The notes: a model not told the origin generated them from the sequence alone. A stretch of DNA of 64,000 bases from Polyangiales bacterium (GCA_044229975.1 JBGARZ010000001.1:320001-384000); one strand, 5' to 3'. Positions 8,686 through 19,020 are shown, counted from the first letter of the stretch. Made by a program: numbers and translations.

Positions 8686-9621
8686 TCACCCCGTCTGACC
8701 GCGCCCATCGGGCAACTCGGCGTCCTCGAAGCGCTCGGCGCTCGCGTTCCACACCCGCGCGTAGGCCCGCAACAGACCGCTCGCGCGGTCGATCTCATAC
8801 ACGTTGTACGAGGCCATCTTCTCGGGGTCGTGATGCACCAGCGAGGCGCTCGTCGCCCCGAGTCGGTGCAGCGTCACGCCGCGCGCGTCGGTGATCTTCT
8901 CGTGTCCTCGGCGATGCCAATGGCCGTGCAGCGCGAGCACGTCGCGGTGGTGGTGCAGCGACGCGCGGAAGTCCCCCAGGTCCTCCAGCCCCCGCATGAA
9001 CGCCGCCACTCCGCCGCGCGGATCGACCACCGGGTGATGGCTCAACACCACCGGAACCCGCTCGCGCACCTCCGCATGTGCGAGCGCCTCTCGCAGCGCC
9101 CGCTGCTGCGCTTCGCCGATGCGCCCCGAGGCGACGAGCGGCAGTCGCGGAACGGCCGACGACAGCCCGATGAGGGCGACGTCGTCGCGCAGCCGCACGA
9201 AGGGGAAGCGCCCGCCGGGATGGTCGACGGCGAGGTCGAGGTCGCTCGTGATGTACTTCGCGAAGAAGCTACCGAAGCGCCCCGCGCGACGTGCCCCTTC
9301 GGTGTAGAGGTCGTGGTTGCCAGGGATGACGCTCACCTGCGCGGGGTCCATCCCGAGGCGCTCGATCATCGCGCGGGCGGCCTCGAACTCGGGTTCGAGC
9401 GCGAGGTTGGTGAGGTCGCCGGTGATGGCGACGTGGTCGGGCGAGAGCGCGCGGAGGTCGGCCATCATGGCCTCGACGACGGCGGGCCGGTGCTTGTGGC
9501 CGCGCTTGAGGCGGAGGTTGACCCAACCGGTGAGGCGCTTGTTGAGCAGCATCCGGTGGAGGGGGACGCCCCGCAGGTCGAGGATGTGCGGGTCGGACAG
9601 GTGCGCGAGGATGATCGACAT
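8686..9621 (-). CDS. Calcineurin-like metallophosphoesterase (CpdA/Icc-like)
   Basis: HLSDPH, ITGDLTN, PGNHD, SHHP, LHGHWH motifs. Confidence 0.88.
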   Translation of the reverse strand: MSIILAHLSDPHILDLRGVPLHRMLLNKRLTGWVNLRLKRGHKHRPAVVEAMMADLRALSPDHVAITGDLTNLALEPEFEAARAMIERLGMDPAQVSVIPGNHDLYTEGARRAGRFGSFFAKYITSDLDLAVDHPGGRFPFVRLRDDVALIGLSSAVPRLPLVASGRIGEAQQRALREALAHAEVRERVPVVLSHHPVVDPRGGVAAFMRGLEDLGDFRASLHHHRDVLALHGHWHRRGHEKITDARGVTLHRLGATSASLVHHDPEKMASYNVYEIDRASGLLRAYARVWNASAERFEDAELPDGRGQTG

Positions 9622-9743
9622 CGCAGCGGGCACCGTACCACTCGGCGGAGGCGCGGCATCGCGGCGTTGACAGGCCGCGGCGCCGCGTGGAGAGATGCGC
9701 GCGCTTCGGCGGCGTTCACGCTGGAGCAGCGAAGGGTTGAGCG

Positions 9744-10493
9744 ATGGACAAGGTCGTGGTCGACGCCGACACGGCGTGCGCGGACATCCCCGACGGAGCG
9801 AAGGTTCTCGCCGGGGGTTTCGGGCTGTGCGGCATTCCCGAGAACTGCATCGCGGCGCTGCGCCGCAAAGGCACGCGTGACCTCTGGGTGGTCAGCAACA
9901 ACTGCGGCGTCGACGACTGGGGCCTCGGGCTCCTGCTCGGCAACAAGCAGATCCGCAAGATGACCAGCAGCTACGTCGGCGAGAACAAGGAGTTCGAGCG
10001 ACAGTTTCTGAGCGGCGAGCTGGAGGTCGAGCTGGTGCCGCAGGGCACCCTCGCCGAGCGGCTGCGCGCGGGCGGCTCGGGCATCCCGGCGTTCTTCACG
10101 CCGGCGGGTGTTGGAACGCAGGTGGCCGAGGGCGGTCTCCCGATGCTCTACGGCCCCGGCGGGACCATCAAGAAGGGCAGCGAGAAGAAGGAGGTGCGGG
10201 TGTTCGACGGCCGCGAGTACGCGATGGAGCGCTCGATCACGGGCGACTTCGCCATCGTGAAGGCGTGGCGCGGCGACCGGCACGGCAACCTCTTGTTTCA
10301 CGCGAGCGCGCGCAACTTCAACCCGCTGTGCGCGATGGCGGCGAAGGTCACCATCGCGGAGGTCGAGGAGCTCGTCGAGCCCGGCCTCATCGACCCCGAG
10401 CAGGTGCATCTGCCAGGGGTGTTCGTGCAGCGGGTGTTTGTCGGCAAGGACTACGTGAAGCGCATCGAGCGGCGCACGGTGCAGAAGGGATGA
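9744..10493 (+). CDS. scoA: 3-oxoacid CoA-transferase subunit A
   Basis: [42 protein letters not shown]. Confidence 0.92.
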   Translation: MDKVVVDADTACADIPDGAKVLAGGFGLCGIPENCIAALRRKGTRDLWVVSNNCGVDDWGLGLLLGNKQIRKMTSSYVGENKEFERQFLSGELEVELVPQGTLAERLRAGGSGIPAFFTPAGVGTQVAEGGLPMLYGPGGTIKKGSEKKEVRVFDGREYAMERSITGDFAIVKAWRGDRHGNLLFHASARNFNPLCAMAAKVTIAEVEELVEPGLIDPEQVHLPGVFVQRVFVGKDYVKRIERRTVQKG

Positions 10494-11152
10494 GCGCCAT
10501 GTTGACCAGAGAGCAGATCGCCCGCCGCGTCGCGCGCGAGCTCCGCGACGGCTTCTACGTAAACCTCGGCATCGGCATGCCGACGCTCGTCCCCAACTAC
10601 GTCGCGCCCGGCGTCGAGGTGGTGCTCCAGAGCGAAAACGGCGTGCTCGGCGTCGGCCCGTACCCCACCGCGGACAAGGTCGACCCCGACCTCATCAACG
10701 CCGGCAAGGAGACGATCACCACGCTGCCCGGCGCGAGCTACTTCGACAGCGCGATGAGCTTCTCGATGATCCGCGGCGGCCACGTCGACCTCGCCATCCT
10801 TGGCGCGATGCAGGTGAGCGAGACGGGCGATCTCGCCAACTGGATGATCCCCGGCAAGATGGTGAAGGGCATGGGCGGCGCGATGGACCTCGTGCACGGC
10901 GCCCGCCGCGTCATCGTGATGATGGAGCACTTCGCCAAGGACGGCGGACTCAAGATCGTGAAGCAGTGCAACCTGCCGCTCACGGGCAAGAAGGTGGTGC
11001 ACCGCATCATCACGGACATGGCCGTCATCGACGTCACGCCCGACGGACTCGTCCTCAAGGAGCTCGCGCCCGGCATCAGCGCCCGCGAGGTTCAGGACAA
11101 GACCGAGGCCACGTTGAAGGCCGCGCCCGACCTCGCCGAGATGGAGTTCTGA
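10490..11152 (+). CDS. scoB: 3-oxoacid CoA-transferase subunit B
   Basis: ATGA overlap with subunit [16 protein letters not shown] (catalytic Glu), [21 protein letters not shown]. Confidence 0.92.
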   Translation: MSAMLTREQIARRVARELRDGFYVNLGIGMPTLVPNYVAPGVEVVLQSENGVLGVGPYPTADKVDPDLINAGKETITTLPGASYFDSAMSFSMIRGGHVDLAILGAMQVSETGDLANWMIPGKMVKGMGGAMDLVHGARRVIVMMEHFAKDGGLKIVKQCNLPLTGKKVVHRIITDMAVIDVTPDGLVLKELAPGISAREVQDKTEATLKAAPDLAEMEF

Positions 11153-11168
11153 CCTCCCGCTTCGTCGC

Positions 11169-12779
11169 CTACGGCCTTCGCTCCGTCACCAGAAACTCCA
11201 CCCGCCGGTTGCGCGCCCTCCCCTCGTCCGTCGCGTTGTCGACGAGCGGTCGGGTGTCCGCGTAGCCGCGCGCCACGAGCCGCTCCGCCGCGATGCCGCG
11301 GGTCACCAGATAGTCGCGGATCGACTGCGCGCGCCGCTGCGAGAGCTGCCCGTTGAGCTCCTGTCGGCCGCGGTCATCGGTGTGCCCCTGGATCTCGACA
11401 CGCAGCAGCTCGGGATGCGCCTCCAGCACCTGCGCGACCTCCATCAGCAGCGACATGCTCTCCGGGAGAATGACCGCGCGGTTGGTCGCGAAGCGCGGCT
11501 GCTGCTGGATCACCACGTGGTCGGCGGTGACGAACACGCGGGGACAACCGTTGGTGGCGGCGTCGTTGGTGGCGGGCCCGCGGTCTTCGGGGCAGGCGTC
11601 GTGCTCGTTGGAGATGTCGTCGTGGTCGATGTCGGGGTCGGGGCAGCCGCGCCGCGCCGCGTCCGGGTGCGCCCCGGCCGACTCCACCGGGCACACGTCC
11701 TCCCGATCCGGAACACCGTCCCCATCGCCGTCATCGAAGCGACGGTCGCGCGGACACCCCGCCCGGTTGGGGTCGGGGTCATCACCCGGCGCCTCGGTCG
11801 GGCACGCGTCGAGGTCATCGCGCATCCCGTCGTGATCGCTGTCGCGCGCCGGACACCCGCGGCGCACCGGATCGGGCCGCTCGCCCATCGCCTCCTGCGG
11901 GCAGCGGTCGTCGACGTCCACGATGCCGTCGCTGTCGCTGTCGCGCGGCGGCGCGTAGCCCTCCGTCGGTTGCGGCGCGTACCCGACGAGGCCCACGACG
12001 CGTACGTCGGCGGCGCTCTCGCCGTCGAGCACACGAGGCCCTGCGGCGAGCCCGAGCGCGAGCCCGTTGGGGTTCACGTAGTGGACGCCCGCGAGCAGTT
12101 CGAGGGAGAGCGCGCCATTGGCAATGGGGTCGCTGATCAGCGTCTCGAAGTTGGCCTCGCCGGTGATGAGCACCCGCGCGGCGACGGGGATGGTGAGGCC
12201 CAGGCGCGCGATGAACTGGTTCTCCCACCCGGGCCGGATGGCGACGCCGACGTTGGCGGCGAAGACGAAGTCGCGCGTGCTGGTGAGCTCGAAGATGAAA
12301 CGCGGAACGACGCCGACCGAGCCGTCGCCCGCGTAGGCGCCGCCATCACCGGTTGGGACGAGGAGCGTGGCGGCGAGGGCGATGCGGCTGGTTCCGCGAC
12401 GGGGGAGGCCGAAGAGACGAACGCGGGCGTCGACGCGCAGGTCGCCGGGCGCGACGGCGGCGGCGTTGCCGGAGATCTGCTGGGTGAGCACGACCGGCAT
12501 GGAGACGCCGAGCTGGAGGCGGTCGAAGAAGCCGACGGTGACGGCGAGCTGGCCCGTCACGCGGTGCTCGATCGGAACGATGTGGAGCGAGCGGGCCCAG
12601 TCGACGGCGAGCAGGGCGCCGACGCGGAGGTGGGGCGTGACGAGGGCGCGCTCGGTGACGTTGAGGTCGTCGCCCGAGAAGGGCGCGGCGTAGCGGGTGA
12701 CCGACCAGCCCTGGGCCTGCGCGCCGACGGGCGCGAGCAGGAGGGCGAGCGCGAAGGACAGCGGTTTCACGGGGCGCAC
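11169..12779 (-). CDS. OmpA-family protein: N-terminal beta-barrel-like region, TSP3-like repeats, OmpA peptidoglycan-binding domain (TraB-like architecture)
   Basis: Signal peptide (AQA); DSDSDGIVDVDDRCP-type repeats with GCP; VEIQGHTD...NGQLSQRRA...NRRVEF. Confidence 0.87.
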   Translation of the reverse strand: MRPVKPLSFALALLLAPVGAQAQGWSVTRYAAPFSGDDLNVTERALVTPHLRVGALLAVDWARSLHIVPIEHRVTGQLAVTVGFFDRLQLGVSMPVVLTQQISGNAAAVAPGDLRVDARVRLFGLPRRGTSRIALAATLLVPTGDGGAYAGDGSVGVVPRFIFELTSTRDFVFAANVGVAIRPGWENQFIARLGLTIPVAARVLITGEANFETLISDPIANGALSLELLAGVHYVNPNGLALGLAAGPRVLDGESAADVRVVGLVGYAPQPTEGYAPPRDSDSDGIVDVDDRCPQEAMGERPDPVRRGCPARDSDHDGMRDDLDACPTEAPGDDPDPNRAGCPRDRRFDDGDGDGVPDREDVCPVESAGAHPDAARRGCPDPDIDHDDISNEHDACPEDRGPATNDAATNGCPRVFVTADHVVIQQQPRFATNRAVILPESMSLLMEVAQVLEAHPELLRVEIQGHTDDRGRQELNGQLSQRRAQSIRDYLVTRGIAAERLVARGYADTRPLVDNATDEGRARNRRVEFLVTERRP

Positions 12780-12854
12780 CGTGCCGCGGAACGCTCAGGC
12801 GGAGCAAGGGAGCACTCGCGCGGCCGACGGCGAAGTGATATCCGCGACGGCACT

Positions 12855-13556
12855 ATGGGCGCACAGTGGAAGCAGAAGGGGCGGGAGGCGGCGGCCAACG
12901 CCAAGGGCAAGGTCATGACCAAGCTCACCAAGGAGATCATGATCGCGGCGCGCGACGGGGCCGATCCGTCGGGCAACTCGCGGCTGCGCATGGCGCTCGA
13001 CGCCGCTCGCAAGGCGTCGATGACGAAGGACACCATGGAGCGCGCGATCAAGAAGGGCGCCGGCATGCTCGACGAGGGTGTGAGCTTCGACACGGTGTTC
13101 TACGAGGGCTTCGCGCCGTATCAGGTGCCGGTGATCGTCGAGTGCCTGACGGACAACCGCAACCGCACGTCGTCCAACATCCGCATCCTCTTCAAGAAGG
13201 GTCAGATCGCGGCGGCGGGCGCGGTGTCGTGGGACTTCGCTCGCCTCGGCGCCGTCGAAGCGACGCCCCCGGCGGGCGCAGCGGTCGACCCCGAAGAGGC
13301 CGCCATCGAGTCGGGCGCGCAGGACCTCGAAGCGAGCGACGACGGCGCGACGACGTTCTACACGGAGCCCACCGACCTCGACCTCGTGGCCAAGGCGCTG
13401 GCCGAGCGCAAGTGGTCCGTGTCGTCGGCGAAGCTCATCTGGAAGGCGAAGAGCCCGGTCACCGTCGACGACGCGCAACGCGCAGAGGTCGAGAGCTTCC
13501 TCGCGGCGCTCGACGACGACGACGACGTCCAGACGCTGTACGTCGGCCTCGCCTGA
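12855..13556 (+). CDS. yebC: YebC/PmpR family protein
   Basis: MGAQWK...KLTKEIMIAARDGADPSGNSRLR...YEGFAP...VECLTDNRNRT...LDDDDDVQ. Confidence 0.92.
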   Translation: MGAQWKQKGREAAANAKGKVMTKLTKEIMIAARDGADPSGNSRLRMALDAARKASMTKDTMERAIKKGAGMLDEGVSFDTVFYEGFAPYQVPVIVECLTDNRNRTSSNIRILFKKGQIAAAGAVSWDFARLGAVEATPPAGAAVDPEEAAIESGAQDLEASDDGATTFYTEPTDLDLVAKALAERKWSVSSAKLIWKAKSPVTVDDAQRAEVESFLAALDDDDDVQTLYVGLA

Positions 13557-13568
13557 CCCGATATCCGC

Positions 13569-13712
13569 CTACCGAAACACCTTCCGCAACAGCAGGTGCC
13601 CGAGGTCCGGGTCCGGCTCGTCGGCCAGGGCCCAACGGGCGAGTTCGTCCGCCACCTTCCCATCGAGGGACCCCAGCAACGTGACGCCGTCCCGCTCGAA
13701 CGCCCGCTTCAC
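13569..13712 (-). CDS. Possible small protein (47 aa) coupled to the phosphosugar mutase
   Basis: GTG at 13712 overlaps the mutase TGA (GTGA); MKRAFERDGVTLLGSLDGKVADELARWALADEPDPDLGHLLLRKVFR fills the gap to the yebC stop. Confidence 0.35.
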   Translation of the reverse strand: MKRAFERDGVTLLGSLDGKVADELARWALADEPDPDLGHLLLRKVFR

Positions 13713-15439
13713 GCCCCCGCGTCGCGCGTCGCCGCCTCCGCCAGAAACGCCGCCCGCAACGCCGCCAGGTTCACCTTCGCGCGCGCCTCGCACGCCTCCG
13801 CGCTCTCGCCTTCCAGCCGCGGCTCGCGGTGGTCGAAGTAGTACTTGATCTTCGGCTCCGTCCCGCTCGGCCGCAGCATCACCCGCGACCCGCCTTCGAG
13901 CTCCAGGCGCAGCACATTGGACGGCGGCAGCCCCATCGCCCTCTCGCCTGCTGCGTCCTTCTTCACGCCGCTCTGGTAGTCCGACCACGCCACGACGCGC
14001 CTGCCCGCGAGCGACTCCACCGGCCTCGCGCGAAAGGCCGCCATGATGTCCGCGATGCGCTTCTGCCCCGACGCGCCCGGCGCCGTCAGGTTGTGCTGCC
14101 CCGACACGAAGAGCCCGTGCGTCGCGTGGATCTCCTCCAGCCGATCGAGCAGCGTCTGCCCCTTCGCCTTGAGCTCCGACGCCAGCGCCGCGACCATGAG
14201 CGCCGCCGAGACGCCGTCCTTGTCGCGCACCCACGGCGTCACCGCGTACCCGAGCGCCTCCTCGTAGCCGAACTCGAAGCGCTCCTCTCCCTTGGCCTCC
14301 GCCGCGATCGCCACCTGCGCGATCCACTTGAAGCCCGTGAGCACCTCGGCGTAGCGCGCCCCGTACGACGCCGCGATCACCCCGAGCAGCGGCGACGACA
14401 CGATGCTCGTCGCCACCACCCGCGGCCCCGACGTGCGCCGCAGGATGTGGTCCCCCAACAGAGCGCCCACCTCGTTGCCCGTGAGGGGCCGCCACCGATC
14501 GCCATCCGGCACCGCGACCGCGAGGCGATCGGCGTCGGGGTCGTTGGCGAGCGCGACATCGGCGTTCTTCGAAGCAGCCAACGCGAGGAGGAGGTCCATC
14601 GCGCCGGGCTCTTCGGGGTTGGGAAAGCGCACCGTGGGAAAGCGCCCGTCGGGCTGCGACTGCTCGGGCACCGAGAACGCCGTCCCGTACGGCTTCAGCA
14701 CGTCCATCGTGAAGCGATCGCCCACGCCGTGCATGGCCGTGTACGCGATCGTCAGCGGCGCCTTCGGCACACCCGCCTGCGCGATGAGGTCGACGTAGTC
14801 CTCCTCGACCTTCTCGCCGAGCGACTCCCACAAGCCCTTCGCGCGCGCCTCTTCCTCCTCGACGACCTTCACCTCGGCGAGCGACGTGATGCCCGCGATC
14901 TCCGCCGCGATCCCGCCATCCACCGGCGGAACGATCTGCGCCCCATGATCCCAGTACACCTTGTAGCCGTTGTACTCGGGCGGGTTGTGGCTCGCCGTAA
15001 CGACCACACCCGCCGCCGCGCCCAGTCGCTTCACCGCGAAGGCCACCACGGGCGTCGGAACCTCCCTCCCGAACACCTTCGCCTTCACCCCTTCGCCCGC
15101 GAGCGCCCGCGCCACGTCGCGCGCAAACACCCTGCTCCCGCGCCGCCCATCGAAGCCGACGATCACTCCAAGCTCCGCCGCCCGCGCGACCGTCACCTTG
15201 AGGTGCCGCGCCAGCGCCGCCGAGGTCCGCAACACCACCGCGCGGTTCATCCGGTTGGGCCCCGCGCCCATCAGCCCGCGCAGCCCCGCGGTGCCGAACT
15301 CCAGCGTCGTCCCGAAGCGATCCGCGATCGCCGCGTCGTCGCCGCGCGCCAGCAGCTCGCCGAGCTCGGCCTTCGTCTCGGGGTCGGGGTCCTCCGCCAT
15401 CCAGCGCTGGGCCGCGTGTCGAAGCTCTTCCGGGTTCAT
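13709..15439 (-). CDS. Phospho-sugar mutase (phosphoglucomutase/phosphomannomutase family)
   Basis: FGTAGLRG, TASHNP (phospho-Ser), DPDADR, GYEEALG, RPSGTEPKIKYY; ATG 15439 overlaps the upstream stop (ATGA). Confidence 0.93.
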   Translation of the reverse strand: MNPEELRHAAQRWMAEDPDPETKAELGELLARGDDAAIADRFGTTLEFGTAGLRGLMGAGPNRMNRAVVLRTSAALARHLKVTVARAAELGVIVGFDGRRGSRVFARDVARALAGEGVKAKVFGREVPTPVVAFAVKRLGAAAGVVVTASHNPPEYNGYKVYWDHGAQIVPPVDGGIAAEIAGITSLAEVKVVEEEEARAKGLWESLGEKVEEDYVDLIAQAGVPKAPLTIAYTAMHGVGDRFTMDVLKPYGTAFSVPEQSQPDGRFPTVRFPNPEEPGAMDLLLALAASKNADVALANDPDADRLAVAVPDGDRWRPLTGNEVGALLGDHILRRTSGPRVVATSIVSSPLLGVIAASYGARYAEVLTGFKWIAQVAIAAEAKGEERFEFGYEEALGYAVTPWVRDKDGVSAALMVAALASELKAKGQTLLDRLEEIHATHGLFVSGQHNLTAPGASGQKRIADIMAAFRARPVESLAGRRVVAWSDYQSGVKKDAAGERAMGLPPSNVLRLELEGGSRVMLRPSGTEPKIKYYFDHREPRLEGESAEACEARAKVNLAALRAAFLAEAATRDAGA

Positions 15440-16308
15440 GTCGTCTCCGTCCTTCCGATGCGCCACCGCGCCGTCTTCCCGGCGCCCGTCTGATCCACCG
15501 CGCCGCGCCGCCGCAGCCGTTCGAGGTGCGCCCGCGCGCTCTTCGCCGCCACCGGCCACAGCCACGCCGGCGTGTCGTCGTACGCCCGCGCCACCACCGC
15601 GGACACCGTGTCGGCGCCGCCTGCGACGGCCGCGCGGATACGCTCCTCGCGGGCGAGTCGGTGGGTCACGTATCCCTTGAGCTTCGCGACGCCGTTCGCA
15701 ATGGGTTCGCCGTGCGCGGGGAAGAGCGTGGTCGGCGCGAGGTCGGCCATGCGTCCGAGCTGCGCGAGGTAGTCGTCCATGTCGCCGTCGTCGTCGGGGT
15801 CGATGACGATGGTGCTCACCGACGAGAGCATGTCGCCGACGATCATCCACCCGGCCGATCGCTCGTGCAGGCACACGTGCCCCGGCGCGTGCCCGGGCGT
15901 GTGCAGCACCGCGAGATCGAGCCCCACCGCGCGACCGAGCTCACCCTCCGAGCCATCGAGCAGCGAGTGCACCTCGACCCGCCCCGTGAGCTTCTCGCGG
16001 GTGCGCGCGTGGGCCAGCAACGGAACGCCAAACCGCTGGCACACGGCCGTCGCACCGCCGATGTGATCGGCGTGGTGGTGCGTCGCGATGACGGCGATCA
16101 GCTTGTGACCGCGCTCGATGCGAGCCTCGATGAGCTCGTGCAGGCGCGCCTGCTCGGGCCCGTACGGAGACGAGGGCTCGACGAGATAGAAGTCGCGCGC
16201 GCCGACGAAATAGCTGTTGGTGTGCGTCGCTGGCGGGAGCGTCGGGGTGCGCAGCGGGAGAAGCTCGACGCCGACGGCGTCCGTGTCCTGGAGGCTGTCA
16301 TCGCGCAT
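15436..16308 (-). CDS. MBL-fold metallo-hydrolase (LACTB2-like) with a C-terminal winged helix
   Basis: RTPTLPPATHTNSY, THHHADH, HTPGHAPGH, GD, PAHG, HRLARE, AHLERL. Confidence 0.87.
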   Translation of the reverse strand: MRDDSLQDTDAVGVELLPLRTPTLPPATHTNSYFVGARDFYLVEPSSPYGPEQARLHELIEARIERGHKLIAVIATHHHADHIGGATAVCQRFGVPLLAHARTREKLTGRVEVHSLLDGSEGELGRAVGLDLAVLHTPGHAPGHVCLHERSAGWMIVGDMLSSVSTIVIDPDDDGDMDDYLAQLGRMADLAPTTLFPAHGEPIANGVAKLKGYVTHRLAREERIRAAVAGGADTVSAVVARAYDDTPAWLWPVAAKSARAHLERLRRRGAVDQTGAGKTARWRIGRTETT

Positions 16309-16376
16309 CGGCTCGACCGCGGCCGACACTACCACGGCACACAGCGCGGACTCCCATGGTGGTAGCGTCCCGGATC

Positions 16377-18158
16377 GTGAAGCGCGCAAGCCGTTGGGCC
16401 GGATGTTTCGTCGTGGTCGCGCTGGGCTGTCGCGGCCCCACCAACGCCGGCCTCTATCCCGAGGACGTCCCTCCGCAAGACCGCGCCGCCGTGGGCAACG
16501 ACCTCGCCGCGAGCGACACCCCTGAGTCGCCTGACGCGCCCATCTCGTCCGACGCCCCCGGTGACGACACGCCCGCCGTCACGCTCGACGTGCCCTCGCC
16601 CGATGTCCCCTCGATCGACATGCCCGTCGCGATGGACCTGGGCATGGACGCGGGCACGACCGCCCCCGACGTCCGAACCGACGCCGGAACGGTCGTCCCC
16701 ACGGACTTCGGCGGCCCCGTCGACCTCGGCCCGCGCAACGATATCGGTCCGCTGACCGCGGGCATCGGCGAGGGTCTCTCACCCGACGCGCGGCCCGAGG
16801 TGCGTGTGACCTGCGGGGGAGTGGTTCCGCCGGCGCCGCGGGTGACAGCGGGCGCGGCCGACCGGTTCGTGCTGCGTGGGCGTGTGGTCACGCCGACGGG
16901 TGTGCTCGCGACAGGCGAGGTGCTCTTCGCGGGCAACACGCTGACGTGCGTGGCGGCGAGCTGCGCGGGGCGCACGGGCTACGCGGGCGCGACCATCATC
17001 GAGACGGGCGGCGTCATCTCGGCGGGGATGATCGATACGCACAACCACCCGCAGTACAACTTCCTCCCCCCTTGGCCGCCCGTGCGGCGCTACACGCGCT
17101 CATCCCAGTGGCAGGACGAGCCCTCGTATCACGACTTCACCGACGTCATCCGCAACAACGAAAACCTCAACGTCGGAGGCGTCAGCAACACGTGCGCGAT
17201 GGTGAAGTGGGGCGAGCTCCGCGCGATCATGGCGGGCACCACGACCATCCAGGGCGGGCCCAACCGCGTGTGCGTGACGCGCACCCTCGCGCGCAACATC
17301 GAGTACGGCAACGACTTCGGCGGCGTCGACCACCACCGCCCCAACACCCTTGGCATCTCCACGGTCAACGCGACGGACGCCATGGGGCTCCGCGCCGACA
17401 TGGATTCGGGCGAGCTCACCGCGTACATCCTCCACCTGAGCGAGGGCATCGACGAGCCCGCCCGGCGCGAGTTCGACCTGCTCGCGACGCGCAACCTCAT
17501 CACGCCCGCCATGGTGATCATCCACGGCACCGCGCTCGGCGTGCCCGAGTTCACGCAGCTCGGCGCGGGTCGCTCGAAGCTCATCTGGTCGCCCCGCTCC
17601 AACATCATCCTCTACGGTCGCACCACCAACGTCGGCCTCGCGCTCGACATGGGCATGACCGTCGCGCTGGCCCCCGACTGGACCCCGTCGGGCGGCCCCA
17701 ACCTCCTGTCCGAGCTGCGCTACGGCCGGTACGTCTCGCAGGTCGCGCTCTCGGGTCGCTTGAGCTCGCGCGACCTCGTCGAGATGGTGACCTCGCGCGC
17801 GGCAACCGCCGTCGATCGCCCGCAGGTCGGGTCGCTGGTCGACGGCCGCTACGCCGACGTCATGGTGGTGCCCGACCGGGGCTGTGACGCGTACGACACG
17901 CTCATCGACGCGCCCGCTGCCGACGTTCGCCTGGTGGTAGTCGGCGGCCGCCCCATGTACGGCGACGCCGCCCTCATGAACGCCCTGCCCGACGCCGCTC
18001 GCGCGCGCTGCGAGGCAGTCTCGGTGTGCGGTCAGTCCAAGACCATGTGCGCGGCCCTCGCGACGACGACCGACGGGCTCAACCAGACGCTGGCCAACGT
18101 CGAGTCCCAGCTCCGCACCTTCACGGACCCGTATCCCCTCGTCCCCCTGTGTCCTTGA
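16377..18158 (+). CDS. Amidohydrolase-superfamily lipoprotein with a Pro/Asp-rich linker
   Basis: Lipobox VALGC after MKRASRW (GTG 16377; alternative ATG 16356); IDTHNH, HLSEG, IHG, WSPRSN, PDW, GRYADV. Confidence 0.82.
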   Translation: MKRASRWAGCFVVVALGCRGPTNAGLYPEDVPPQDRAAVGNDLAASDTPESPDAPISSDAPGDDTPAVTLDVPSPDVPSIDMPVAMDLGMDAGTTAPDVRTDAGTVVPTDFGGPVDLGPRNDIGPLTAGIGEGLSPDARPEVRVTCGGVVPPAPRVTAGAADRFVLRGRVVTPTGVLATGEVLFAGNTLTCVAASCAGRTGYAGATIIETGGVISAGMIDTHNHPQYNFLPPWPPVRRYTRSSQWQDEPSYHDFTDVIRNNENLNVGGVSNTCAMVKWGELRAIMAGTTTIQGGPNRVCVTRTLARNIEYGNDFGGVDHHRPNTLGISTVNATDAMGLRADMDSGELTAYILHLSEGIDEPARREFDLLATRNLITPAMVIIHGTALGVPEFTQLGAGRSKLIWSPRSNIILYGRTTNVGLALDMGMTVALAPDWTPSGGPNLLSELRYGRYVSQVALSGRLSSRDLVEMVTSRAATAVDRPQVGSLVDGRYADVMVVPDRGCDAYDTLIDAPAADVRLVVVGGRPMYGDAALMNALPDAARARCEAVSVCGQSKTMCAALATTTDGLNQTLANVESQLRTFTDPYPLVPLCP

Positions 18159-18193
18159 CTCCGGTGCGCCCGCGCGGCTAACGCTTCGCCACC

Positions 18194-18481
18194 ATGGCCG
18201 AGAACGAACGCCTCCTGGGAATGCTCCGCGCCCTCGCTGAAGTGAAGGAGGAGGACGGTTCCTTCACTGCTCCGGATACGGCGCTGCTGACGTTGCATGC
18301 GGGCCACCAGGGCGTCCCCCTGACGGTGACGCAGGTGACGACGGTGACCGTCCGCGGCGCGCTCGTCGTGGCGCAGACGACCAAGGGTCAGCGCTACGTT
18401 CTCGATGCGTCGGACGTGTATGCGATCGCGCAGGAGTCGGCCCCCACCGATCGTGGTGGCCGGAAGGCTGGGTTCTTCTGA
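18194..18481 (+). CDS. Hypothetical protein (95 aa)
   Basis: Compact globular-looking ORF filling the gap between genes; ends RKAGFF. Confidence 0.65.
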   Translation: MAENERLLGMLRALAEVKEEDGSFTAPDTALLTLHAGHQGVPLTVTQVTTVTVRGALVVAQTTKGQRYVLDASDVYAIAQESAPTDRGGRKAGFF

Positions 18482-18532
18482 GTCTGGCCTAGAGGGTCGA
18501 CGGCGGAGCAGGCGGGCGGTGACCGGGGAGGG

Positions 18533-18886
18533 TCAGCGCCCGACCTGAACGCTGCCCTGGAAGGTCGGAACCGCGACGCCAACCCCAGCGCCGTAGGCCG
18601 GGCGTGCGTACACCGGCTGCTGGTAGACCGGCTGCTGATAGGCCGGCTGCGCGACCACGGCGCCCTGGAAGAAGGGGGCGTGACGCTGGTAGTAGCCCGG
18701 CCGGTAGTAGGTGCCGCCGTAGGTGCCGCCCTGGTAGTAGACGGTGTTGGGCTGCGCGTACGTGGTGTAGCCGTAGCTCCCGTAGACGCCGGGCTGGGCC
18801 CCGACGAAGCAGCCACCGAGGGCGTAGGCCGCGCCCGTGACGCCGAGCGCGAAGAGAGTGGAGCGGGCGATGGTCGAGAGGTTCAT
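18533..18886 (-). CDS. Small Tyr/Gly/Gln-rich low-complexity lipoprotein
   Basis: MNLSTIARSTLFALGVTGAAYALGGC (lipobox), then YGSYGYTTY...YQQPVYQQPVY; TAGCGT 7 nt upstream of the ATG. Confidence 0.72.
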   Translation of the reverse strand: MNLSTIARSTLFALGVTGAAYALGGCFVGAQPGVYGSYGYTTYAQPNTVYYQGGTYGGTYYRPGYYQRHAPFFQGAVVAQPAYQQPVYQQPVYARPAYGAGVGVAVPTFQGSVQVGR

Positions 18887-19020
18887 GGTTTTCACGCTAC
18901 CACCCCCCAGAGGGTCTTTCCAACGAGCGCAGTGGCGATGGATGGAGGGCGCGCGGCGCGGGGGGTGAGCAGCGGCGGCGACCGTCTGGGGCGATGGTAC
19001 GAGGACAGCCCGCCAGAGTT

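Noticed and set aside
9744..11152. Possible AibA/AibB decarboxylase of the myxobacterial isovaleryl-CoA route
   Set aside because: Subunit B keeps the SENG catalytic Glu and both subunits show ordinary ScoA/ScoB motifs.
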